Source: Eledone cirrhosa | Lineage: Eukaryota | NCBI GenBank assembly: GCA_964016885.1 | Contig: OZ024743.1 | Coordinates: 38,068,001 to 38,132,000, forward strand | Length of the DNA stretch: 64,000 nucleotides | Reading direction: 5' to 3' | Shown here: in pieces, positions 53,401 through 64,000 of the stretch | Position numbering within the stretch: the first letter of the stretch is position 1 | Layout: the number at the start of each line of letters is the position of its first letter | The notes under the pieces: model-generated | Told to the model about the DNA's origin: nothing | Seen by the model: only the letters and a program-made list of their open reading frames with translations | Database searches by the model: none | Translations under genes and position numbers: made by a program

Positions 53401-54454
53401 TTAAGTTATTCAAGTCCATCACTGAACACATACCGATGAAGTGACCAAACTGAAACATCGGATTCATTTGTACCTTCCTACTGAAAAAATAAATGTATAC
53501 ACACGCAGCCTTATCCGCAAAAAAACAACAGAAGTTACTGCATATTAAATGATTCCATATTTTCTATCTGTATGCACATGCGAATAATCAAATGATTTGC
53601 TTATCAAATTAATGGGCAAGTGCCTGAGCATTCTCACGTGTGCATTTAATGTAGGTTTCAGTGAGCTTCAGTGTGTCTTAATGTGTAAAACGACTGACCA
53701 TTTAATTTGTATATACACCTCGGTACAACTGTTCATAATCGAGTGGATTAGAGAACACAACGCCCCGCCCATCCTGGCATATACTTACACACGCTTATTC
53801 ATAAACTACGAACGTATTTTACTTCACATTTCTGGCCATTCTCTGGAGGAAGACTTCTATAATTTCTTACCGATATGTGTGGTATTCGACACCTGTGTAT
53901 TCCCACCCCCAATAATCTTTCTTGTTTCACTAATTTCGTCTCCCTTCCTCTGCCTTCATACGTTCCCTTCTTTCTTGTTTTCTTTCGCTTTTAGCAATAG
54001 CCTCATAAAATAACGGTAATTTTACCCGCCCAATATATATATATATATATGAATGTATATATAGTGTATATTGCAATACACTGTATGCTTAATTAAAAGC
54101 ATTTCGAAGGCCTAACGCTATTGTTTTAGAGTAGTGACAGTCTCACTTACTTTAATGAAAGTTTGATTCTTATAGAATTCTAGTAATAATCAGGAACTGA
54201 TTATACAAAGCGGTTGCCGGTGAAGCAGAATAATATAACACTAAATAATATAATACTAATAATATAATACTAATAATATAATACTAATAATGGTTATTAG
54301 TATCATATTATTTAGCGTTGCTTGTCGTTTGTTGCACCTCAATGTTGTTCTTTAAAGTGTTTGCTTTTATTTTAAATTCTCTTACACACACACACATGCA
54401 CACACTCACATCTGCGAGTATATATACACACATTGATTATATATATATATATAT

Positions 54455-54585
54455 TGGGCGGGTAAAATTCCCGAGATCCATGGACGAGTTCTATCCAGCG
54501 GTCTCTGTCCCTCATCATCGCTGCTATGTCCTGCGTCTCCAACTAACAAGTGTCTGTCCTTAGGGCATCCATTAGCATATGTTAT
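54455..54585 (-). mobile_element. Short 3' remnant of the RTE family seen at 19435-20185
   Basis: GGGTAAAATTCCCGAGATCCATGG...CGGTCTCTGTCCCTCAT is shared. Confidence 0.8.
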
Positions 54586-54651
54586 ATATACATATATAGT
54601 GCTCACGCGGCATACCATCTATTGACGAATCCAAGCAACCTTACCACTAAC

Positions 54652-54684
<33 letters not shown>

Positions 54685-56360
54685 TGTATATATATATATA
54701 TATTTATTTAGTCTCACGTGTGTGCATATATATATATATATATATATACAGACATGTAATGATATTGTCAACGTGGTCAGATGATTTACTTGAATTAGAA
54801 GATACGTCATTTATTCAAACATTTACCTATTAATAATATCTTAAGATCTTTGTTCATTGATATACAGGTTATACCCACTGAATAGATGGTTTACGCTGTG
54901 TGGCTGATGCTCAAGTTATGCTCCATCTCTTGTGATCACAGGTTCAACACTAGAAACACACATATCTAACATACACAACAAAAGTATTATGATATAGCAT
55001 TTAGAGTAAATAAACCGAACATAGTGTACCCATTACATCTGAAAACTCGACTTTGTCTGATACATCAAGCGGCTTGAAACAACATTTCTGCTGATATATG
55101 TCTACAATGTTGTGAGCAAAATAGTTAGGTACTCTTCAAATGTAGTAATATTAAGAAGCAACAAAATAATTGTTAGTTTTTGTAAAAAGAATCGTTTTCT
55201 TTTTATTCAATTTATTGTTCTGTTATTTTCCCACAATTAGTGGTTCAACAGATTTTCACATCATTAATATTCACCATCTTGAAAGCTTGTTATATTAGAA
55301 TCTACTAAATACCAATTCAGTTGCTTGAAAATGTTTGCTTTCTTCATACAATAAAGTTTGCCTAGGTTGTTAAACTATACTCAATCAATAGCTAATTCAT
55401 ATAATTATCTGCATTTTATACAAATCTTCAATGCTTCCTTTTGAAATAATATGTACTTATTTATTTAATGTTTATCTGTTTTACTTTTATACAGTACTCA
55501 AATAAAAAAAAAACAATAAAATATGTGGAACAAGAGGGAGAAAAATCAGTGCAGTATGTATATGGACTACATGATTTGTTGAAATGTTACTTTAGCTGTA
55601 TTTTGCTTCTCAGAATGTACATTTTACTTAGTCTTTCATGCTAAAATCACTATCTACGTGTTTCATCTATCTCATAGCATCTGTGTTGAGTCTAATGAAG
55701 CAATTATTGTGTACTGGTAAGATGCAATGCAGAGGTTTATTCTCTATAATCTGGAATTCAGAACGTAGATATTCTATGCATTTTACCACTAATAGACAAC
55801 TGAGAAGAAAGTATATCACAAACAAAACAGAATTTACATTGCTGCTTGAAGTTTTTCTTTTATTGTTTTTATTATCCTATCAGAGTTTCAGTCTTGCTTA
55901 TGGTTTGTTTTCCTTTACTAATCAACCGTTCCTGTTATATATCAAACCTTCGCACTAGGATTCAAATTAAACTGTAAAAAGCAAATGCTGAAAATGATTA
56001 CGCATAACACACAGACGAAATAAATTCATATCTTTTATATTAAGTGAAAGATTTTCCACCAGTTTCAATGAACGTTTGGTTGATCTATCAACTGAAGGAC
56101 TTACACATTAATGTTAACGTGGTTGTCGGCTGTTTTTCACAAACCCACGTTTTATTTAACGTCATTGTCTGGGAGATTCAGAACGACATAGTCTGCCACA
56201 TTGTTGGACATTTAAATTAGAGGTATAATCGAACAGAAGGGTTTGAAAATATATTCGTCTACTATATTTCGCAAATGAATATTATATTTGCGATGTTATG
56301 CCTGCGCCCACACCTAGACACACATACATACATACACACACACGCATACAGCACACACAA

Positions 56361-56930
<570 letters not shown>

Positions 56931-57078
56931 AATTAACTCCGTACTCGCACCACCAACTACACAAACAAAGACGGGTGAGTTGCATTACGTTGAGTGCTCT
57001 CCATATTATTACATCGAGGTTGCCCACACGGAATGACCAGTTCTATCCGGTAGTGAACCAACAAACAGAAATAAATAA

Positions 57079-57136
<58 letters not shown>

Positions 57137-57144
<8 letters not shown>

Positions 57145-60100
57145 CGTAGTTAAGAAAGCCACAACAATGCAGAGGGAAATCTCGAGGTAGGAAGTGAATG
57201 ATAGATAGGAGAAACAGGAGAAAGTGAAAATTGGGAGAGACAAAGATGAAAACAAAACAAAGGTAGAAGGGTTACCGTAGTGGAGATTTAATCCCAATAT
57301 TTCGGGCTCACGCCCATCAACGGGGGAAAGTTCCAAAAGTGGGGGAACAGGCCAAGCGGAGAAAGTTGTGATGTCGTTAAGACAGGAATGCCGTTATGGG
57401 GAGAAAATTATTTAAAATGTAAACGAGGGAAAGAATGCGCGTGCGCGTGATAGGCTGTGGCAAAAGCTACTGACCAAATGGGTTAAATCAAGAGGGTGCG
57501 CTAGCGTGTGAAAGCCGTAAAATATGTGTGTGTAAATATATATGTGTGTGTAACTGTGTGTGTATAAGTGTAAGTGTGTATATGTGTGAGTGTGTGTGTG
57601 TGTGAAAGATAGTGGGCTGTAGAAGCTGGAAATCAAAGGGTGTGAAAGGTGGTAGGTTGTAAAACATGTGTGCGTGTATAAATATAGATGTGTGTGTGTA
57701 AGCGTATGGGTATACATGTGTGTGTAACTGTGTGTGTATATGTTTGAGTGCGTGTGTGTGTGAAAGATAGTGGGCTGTAGAAGCTGGAAATCAAAGGGTG
57801 TGAAAGGTGGTAGGTTGTAAAAACATGTGTGCGTGTATAAATATAGATGTGTGTGTGTATGCTTATGGGTATGCATATACGTGCGTGTGTGTGAAGATAG
57901 CAGGCCGTAGGCTGTGAATGGTCACTATGGTTAAGTTAGCCATGTCAGCTCATTTCTCTCAGCCCGGTTGTTAAGTGGGGGTCTGAGGTTCTTAATAACA
58001 AGTGCTTCCTTTATCCTTAAGGATCCGATGCTGCGTTCAGTCGCTAGGACTGTGACCAAGGGTCTACCCTGTGGGTTTCCGCATTTAAGGATGTGTTTAC
58101 GGAAGGAAGATGCGTTGGTGTTGATATGTTCCTTGATACGAACATGTAGGGGTCGGATGGTGCTACCTATGTAAAACTTGTTACATTTATCGCATTGAAT
58201 CTTATATACGACATAGGTGCGTAGGCAATCTGCCCCCCGTATCGGGCAGTTGCTGAGGGAACACGTCCCATCTGACTCGTCGGGTTTGCTGGAGAGGCAT
58301 CTTCGCAGCGAAGGTCCTGTGTGGGCCAAATATATGTCAAGTCCCTCCGTCCGTATGGCCCTGCGGATAGCGTTCGTGGTATATTCACTCAGGTGGGGGA
58401 TTTTAAAGAAGCACCTGCTTTTATTTAAGTTTCTAGTGGGTGTCTGTCTATTGGGTCTGGGGTCTCTAATTCTGTTAATCAGTCGCTTGGGATAACCATT
58501 AGATCTGAGTAGATTACGGAATTGCGTGGTATGGGTGAGACCACCCATCGGGTCGCTGCATCTGTTAGTGATCCGTGTCAGTTCATTTAGGACATAGCCT
58601 CTCTTAGCGTTGTTGGGGAGGGCTGAGTTGTAATGCACAAATAAGTCCTTGCACGCTGCTTTGCGGTAGAAAGTGGTGTTTATGTCTCCTTCTTCCGAGA
58701 TGTTGATACGGAAGTCGAGGAGGGCGAGTGACCCGTCTTCTCCTGGGTGTTCGATGGTGAAATCGACGTGATGGTCAGTATCGTTGACGATTTGGTGAAT
58801 TTCATTCGCCATCTCCCGGGAAGAAGTAAGTATCAGGATGTCATCAACGTATCTGGAGTAGAAGGCGACGGCGTTGGGTTGGCAGGTATTGAGTGCCTTG
58901 CGTTCCAGGTGGTCCATGTACGAGATCGCAAGTATGCCGGACAGACTAGAGCCCATAGGTAGCCCAGATATTTGTTTGTACGTGTGGCCGAGGAAATTGA
59001 AGAGTGCATTATCCACAACGAAGGAGAGGAGTTGGTGGATGTCCGTGTGTGTGAGTCCGAAGCAGTGTAAGTTAGATGCTCGGACTTGTTCGGTCAACAG
59101 GTCGACAGCTGGGGATGCTGGTACGGAGGTATAAAGGGCGACCACATCAAGACTGAAGGCATAACCGTTGTCCTTTCTGGTGTTGGGCGCCAGATGGTGT
59201 AGTCGCTCCAAGACCTCCTTTGAGCTGCAGACGTGGGCTGCTAGTGTGTGTAGAATGGGTTTCAGTAGTGTGGAGAGCAGCCACGATATTTTGTAGAGTG
59301 GGCCCTCCACGCTAGAGACAATGGGCCTGATTTTCAAATCGGGTCCTTGTTTATGTGTTTTAACCAGGTGGTAGAAGGTGGGTAGTTTGCTGTTTCGAGT
59401 CATTATGTTGTTTTTTACCTTCTTTGGCAGTTTTCGTTGGACACAGATGTTAGTCCATATGGTGTTAATGCCTTCCTCGATTAGAGTCGAGGAGGTCCCT
59501 GTGACTTTCGAGTAGAGGCTGTGATCATTAAGATGTTGGAGAGCTAAGTTGTTGTAGGTCTCTCTCGAGATGACACAGAATTCTTTCCCCTTGTCAGAGG
59601 GAAGGTACACAAGGTTCCTGGATCTTAAATTGTGCATTGGTGAGGTTGCGTTTATTGTGTGTGTGTGTGTGTTGGGAAAGGATGTTAGAGATAGAATGTT
59701 TCAACCTGAGTTGTTTAGTGTCAAGTTCGTGGTTGGTGGGTGGGGGGTGGAGTGGGTTGTCGAGGTGATACGTGGGGAGTGTGGGGTGGGTTGTGGGGTT
59801 GTAATCGATCTCGGTGTTGTTTTGGATGGCGGTTAGCCATTTCAGTTGATATGCTGTCCGACAGAAGTTGGTTTCGATGTCGAGTTTCAGTCTATCATCG
59901 AGACGCTGTGTAATGATGAACTTGGGTCCGAGGCGCAGAAGTTCGAGTTCGTCGTTGGTGAGAGTACCGGTTAGGTCGGTAACGAGGTGTGAAGCATCGT
60001 TGGTAGGTAGATCGATGTTGGGGGGTGTAGCGGAGGGTGTTGTATAGCTGTTGCCCCTGGTGTGGTTGTAGTCGGTCCGTCTGTGGGAGCGGATGTTGTC

Positions 60101-61116
60101 ATTGTAGTATTTGTTTACAGTCCATTCCTATTTCCGTATAAGGCGCTGTTTATCATATTTGACTCTGGTGTGGTAACACTGATCGATAGCTTTGCGTATT
60201 TCCTGGACCTGGTGGTCAGGGGTGAGGGTTGGAGCTATACGATCTATGTGCTCGGAAAGCGTTTGTATATGGAGTCGCAGTTGGTGGTGGTTGTGTCGTA
60301 GTATTTTCTTGATAAACGTGCGTTGAATGTGGCGGATTGTGTTTTCGAAGGATGGTGATCGTAAACATTCGGGTAGATGTATATTCCTGATGGTAGTTGG
60401 AATGATGTTGTTCTTTAGGCAGCGTTTTAAGAAGGTAATTTGGCAACCGAGTTTGGCACGATTCTCCGATAGTCTGAATAGGTCCCTTATGGGTGCAAAC
60501 AAGTCCTGGCTCAGGTGTAATGATAAGAGGGTGTTAAAGTTTGCTTGAAGCATTGTGAAATGTGTAAAATACGTAGTTAAGAAAGCCACAACAATGCAGA
60601 GGGAAATCTCGAGGTAGGAAGTGAATGATAGATAGGAGAAACAGGAGAAAGTGAAAATTGGGAGAGACAAAGATGAAAACAAAACAAAGGTAGAAGGGTT
60701 ACCGTAGTGGAGATTTAATCCCAATATTTCGGGCTCACGCCCATCAACGGGGGAAAGTTCCAAAAGGGGGGGAACAGGCCAAGCGGAGAAAGTTGTGATG
60801 TCGTTAAGACAGGAATGCCGTTATGGGGAGGAAATTATTTAAAATTTAAACGAGGGAAAGAATGCGCGTGCGCGTGATAGGCTGTGGCAAAAGCTACTGA
60901 CCAAATGGGTTAAATCAAGAGGGTGCGCTAGCGTGTGAAAGCCGTAAAATATGTGTGTGTAAATATATATGTGTGTGTAACTGTGTGTGTATAAGTGTAA
61001 GTGTGTATATGTGTGATTGTGTGTGTGTGTGAAAGATAGTGGGCTGTAGAAGCTGGAAATCAAAGGGTGTGAAAGGTGGTAGGTTGTAAAACATGTGTGC
61101 GTGTATAAATATAGAT
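57137..61116 (-). mobile_element. Near-full-length Penelope-like retroelement with tandem pseudo-LTRs
   Basis: ~550-bp direct repeats at 57137-57689 and 60565-61116 flank an RT/GIY-YIG ORF; the 3' end runs into (TA)n. Confidence 0.95.
57931..60553 (-). pseudogene. PLE polyprotein (N-term, RT, Cys linker, GIY-YIG) with one TAG and one frameshift
   Basis: Starts MLQANFNTLL; TAG at 60128; LRLGPKF; frameshift near 59630; then PSDKG, KTHK..IRPIVS, SLDVVALYTSV, GLPMGSSLS, RYVDD, VVYKIQC..FYIGST..RIKEH. Confidence 0.92.
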
Positions 61117-61236
61117 AACGATAAATTGGAATAGAATGAAACGAAATTTCATTTCTCACTCTTAGTACGGCACTTACTTAAATGTAATTATGTATGTATA
61201 CGTACATACATATATATATACAGACGTACAGTAGCA

Positions 61237-61293
<57 letters not shown>

Positions 61294-61304
<11 letters not shown>

Positions 61305-61901
61305 GACGTAAAATAAGAAAATTTTAAAAAAATTAAAAAAATTAACCTACTTACTAAAATTTTCACTCCAACTAATTAGTTTCTGCAATGGGATAAAGAC
61401 AGTTACGTAATCCAACTGTCGAGAATTCATTGCGTCATCAGGGAGTCTATTCTCAGCTAAGTCTCCAGGCAATGCGCGGACACTGGGGACTCATATAAAA
61501 ATAATAATAATTCGGTAGATGGAACAGCTAGCGGGGACTGGATTCCATGTACTGAAAAGCTCGCTGCCTCTGGTCAAATGGCAGATTCTAAAGAATCAAT
61601 CACGTGACACTGAGGCTAGTCGGTAGGATGGGATGGTAAGATGACAGAAGCCTACTATCACACCAATAAATTAGTAGTTGTTTTGGCAGGTTTGCTCGAC
61701 AAATAAGCAATTTGGAGATAAATATAGAGAATTTAGTATATCTACTAACATATGCGTACAGATTTACGCTAATGCCAGCAAATACACAGGTTATGTCATA
61801 GTACCTAGGTGGTTCGATGCAGGAGGATGCAGAACAATAATATAAAAGACGTAAAATAAGAAAATTTTAAAAAAATTATAAAATTAACTTACTTACTAAA
61901 A
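61294..61901 (-). mobile_element. Diverged dispersed copy of the array's retrozyme-like element (period ~542 bp)
   Basis: Collinear blocks shared with 35961-36650: TGTCACGTGATTGATTCTTT, TGGAATCCAGTCC, TGCCTGGAGAC, GAAACTAATTAGTTGG. Confidence 0.85.
61365..61446 (-). ncRNA. Type I hammerhead ribozyme
   Basis: ACTCC-CTGATGA-C-GCAATG...CATTGC-A-GAAAC TAATTA GTT-GGAGT. Confidence 0.87.
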
Positions 61902-62049
61902 GGTACACATATATATATGTACGTATCAGTTTAGCGAACGTTTATTATAACGCTCGCTCTGTTCGTTTGTAAACAAAAGGACAGCCTGATTTATGCCGTA
62001 CGGTGTTAAGGCAACCACGTCACCTTTTTGTTCAACACTGACACAGGAA

Positions 62050-62090
62050 CGATGTACTAGTTTCAAGCTTGTTAGCTATCGTCAGCACCG
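62050..62090 (-). ncRNA. Minimal type I hammerhead ribozyme
   Basis: CGGTG-CTGACGA-T-AGCT AACA AGCT-T-GAAAC TA GTA-CATCG. Confidence 0.82.
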
Positions 62091-62728
62091 TATACCCTTC
62101 TGCCAGATGGTTGAACGTTCGAAAGTATATACTTTCCTTATGAAAATTAACGGCTGAGCAGCCTAATTTGCATATCGAGTGCGTTCAGTCCGCCAGGCGC
62201 ACCGAAAACGATAAATTGGAATAGAATGAAATGAAATTTCATTTCTCACTCTTAGTACGGCACTTACTTAAATGTAAGTATGTATGTATACGTACATACA
62301 TATATGTATACATATATGTACATACATATATGTACATTCATATATGTATACAGACGTAAGAGTGAGAAATGAAATTTCGTTTCATTCTATTCCAATTTAT
62401 CGTTATATATATATATATATATCCATGCTACTGTACGTCTATATACATATTTGTATGTACGTATACATACATACTTACATTTAAGTAAGTGCCGTACTAA
62501 GAGTGAGAAAAGAAATTTCGTTTCATTCTATTCCAATTTATATATATATATATACATATATATAGTTAAAGAAAGAAGAGTAATATGATTGACTTTACAC
62601 TAAGGGCTTTATTTAAAGTACTGACAATTGTTTAGTTGATCAGGTGTGTCTAGAGTTCGGTAATCGCTTCAGGTTGCGTCAATCAATCTCCAATACATTG
62701 TTTACCACTGGTCAACACATTGGACCAC

Positions 62729-62805
<77 letters not shown>

Positions 62806-62907
62806 TTCCGAATAATAATAACTCCAGAAAACTTTCTTGTAGAGTGCTTTTAATCTATTGTAAAACTATATTCATTGAGTAATCAATGAACCCTATTAAA
62901 GTTTAGT

Positions 62908-62955
<48 letters not shown>

Positions 62956-62958
<3 letters not shown>

Positions 62959-63577
62959 AATTAAGATAAATCAAATGAAGTTAATCCCAATCAAAATTAT
63001 GGGTGTCATGCCAGAAAGACATGCGCCATATCACCCGCAAAATAAGCTCTAAGATTCTAACGAGTAGGTCCGAGCATTTTATAATAACTAGAAATTGATT
63101 AACATATAAATAAACATGAGATAATTTTTACAAGTGTGTAACCACACATAGCTAGGTAGGTAACTACATAAAGTTGACCAGAACTTCAAAAATAGATACC
63201 TTATAATATGATTAATCTTCCCTGTATATATTCCATTAAATAAATATATTACACCAATTAATCGGATGGTAAACCACGGAAGTGGATACTTGGATTTTCA
63301 ACAAGGAAGAAGTTCCAGCGATCATTGTTTACACTTCAAGTTCAAATCAGCAACTGGCCAGTAACACGTGCTATATCTACTAGAAATACACACATCGCAC
63401 TAGCTTCGTCCCAGTAGCGTGAATAGGGTTATCGACAACTAGAAACAGCAGTCGAGTCCTTTCAACAGAGTTAGCTCTACAATTAAGGAGCCGTATTTAT
63501 ATATCTATATCCAAAATTAAGATAAATCAAATGAATTTAATCCAAATCAAAATTATGGGTGTCATGCCAGAAAGACA
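62956..63577 (+). mobile_element. (TA)n-flanked element with ~65-bp terminal direct repeat (period ~556 bp)
   Basis: CAAAATTAAGATAAATCAAATGAA...GCCAGAAAGACAT at 62956 and 63512; GAAAC AGCA GTC half-motif at ~63442. Confidence 0.72.
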
Positions 63578-63585
63578 TATATATA

Positions 63586-64000
63586 TATAAAAGAAATAGG
63601 ATTTCACTTCAAGCATAGCTTTATACAATTTGTATAAATATTTCGTATCTCCAAAGAAATACGGTTTTAGGAAGCCGTAGCTAAGCAAATACCGGGGGGA
63701 TAACGCCCTCTGGTGATGTCCAGCTGAAGCAAGGGGGACAACCGTCTATGCATTTCAGGCTTAACTGGCCATCGTCAGGACGGTCGCTCCCACCGCTTGC
63801 GTCTGCTGGACTAGAAGACAGGCGAGAATATATATTTATCTCGTATGTGTAAATGAGGTGATTAATCTCATTTGCATATGATGCTACATAAGTTGGCTCA
63901 ACTTATAATAAAAAAGAAATAGGATTTCGCTTCAAGCATAGCTTTATACAAATAAATACGGTTTTAGGAAGCTGTAGCTATGCAAACACCGGGGAGGGGG
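63586..64000 (-). mobile_element. Third retrozyme-like family (period ~323 bp), truncated by the window end
   Basis: AAGAAATAGGATTTC..TTCAAGCATAGC occurs at 63591 and 63914; internal hammerhead. Confidence 0.78.
63740..63785 (-). ncRNA. Minimal type I hammerhead ribozyme
   Basis: GACCGTC-CTGACGA-T-GGC CAGTTAA GCC-T-GAAAT GC ATA-GACGGTT. Confidence 0.85.

Larger units (their letters stand above)
61117..62540 (-). mobile_element. Second retrozyme-like family with direct (61117, 62207) and inverted (62358-62404, 62424-62540) repeats
   Basis: AACGATAAATTGGAATAGAATGAAA...CTCTTAGTACGGCAC is repeated; hammerhead at 62050-62090; interrupted by 61294-61901. Confidence 0.75.

Noticed and set aside
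53430-53465. CCGATGA-AGT..ACT-GAAAC hammerhead-like string
   Set aside because: The core is mutated and there is no stem I or valid cleavage triplet.
60128-60130. In-frame stop in the PLE ORF as possible selenocysteine recoding, as in Naiad PLEs
   Set aside because: The codon is TAG, not TGA; the endonuclease is C-terminal; and a frameshift is also present. Ordinary decay is sufficient.

Overview
AT-rich, microsatellite-dense animal DNA. The SINE content and (TA)n/(CA)n load resemble an octopus-type cephalopod genome (inference). No intact host gene is recognisable, and most ORFs in the track are microsatellite artefacts. The window is dominated by retroelements: a near-full-length Penelope-like element (PLE; RT + GIY-YIG, 57.1-61.1 kb), three other PLE 3' fragments, a full-length RTE LINE with an 11-bp TSD and a 5' HDV-like ribozyme (49.7-52.8 kb), RTE and CRE fragments, many tRNA-derived SINEs and a TTAA MITE. 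The most striking signal is a set of (TA)n-inserted, non-coding, 0.3-0.55 kb elements carrying type I hammerhead ribozymes (retrozyme-like), plus fold-back elements. One of these elements, fused tail-out to a PLE endonuclease fragment, forms a 5 x ~2.55 kb tandem array (34.1-46.9 kb) with one hammerhead per unit. Weak evidence also points to spliced minus-strand host gene or pseudogene exons at 6-15 kb and 22-30 kb. All RNA folds were read by eye, not computed.
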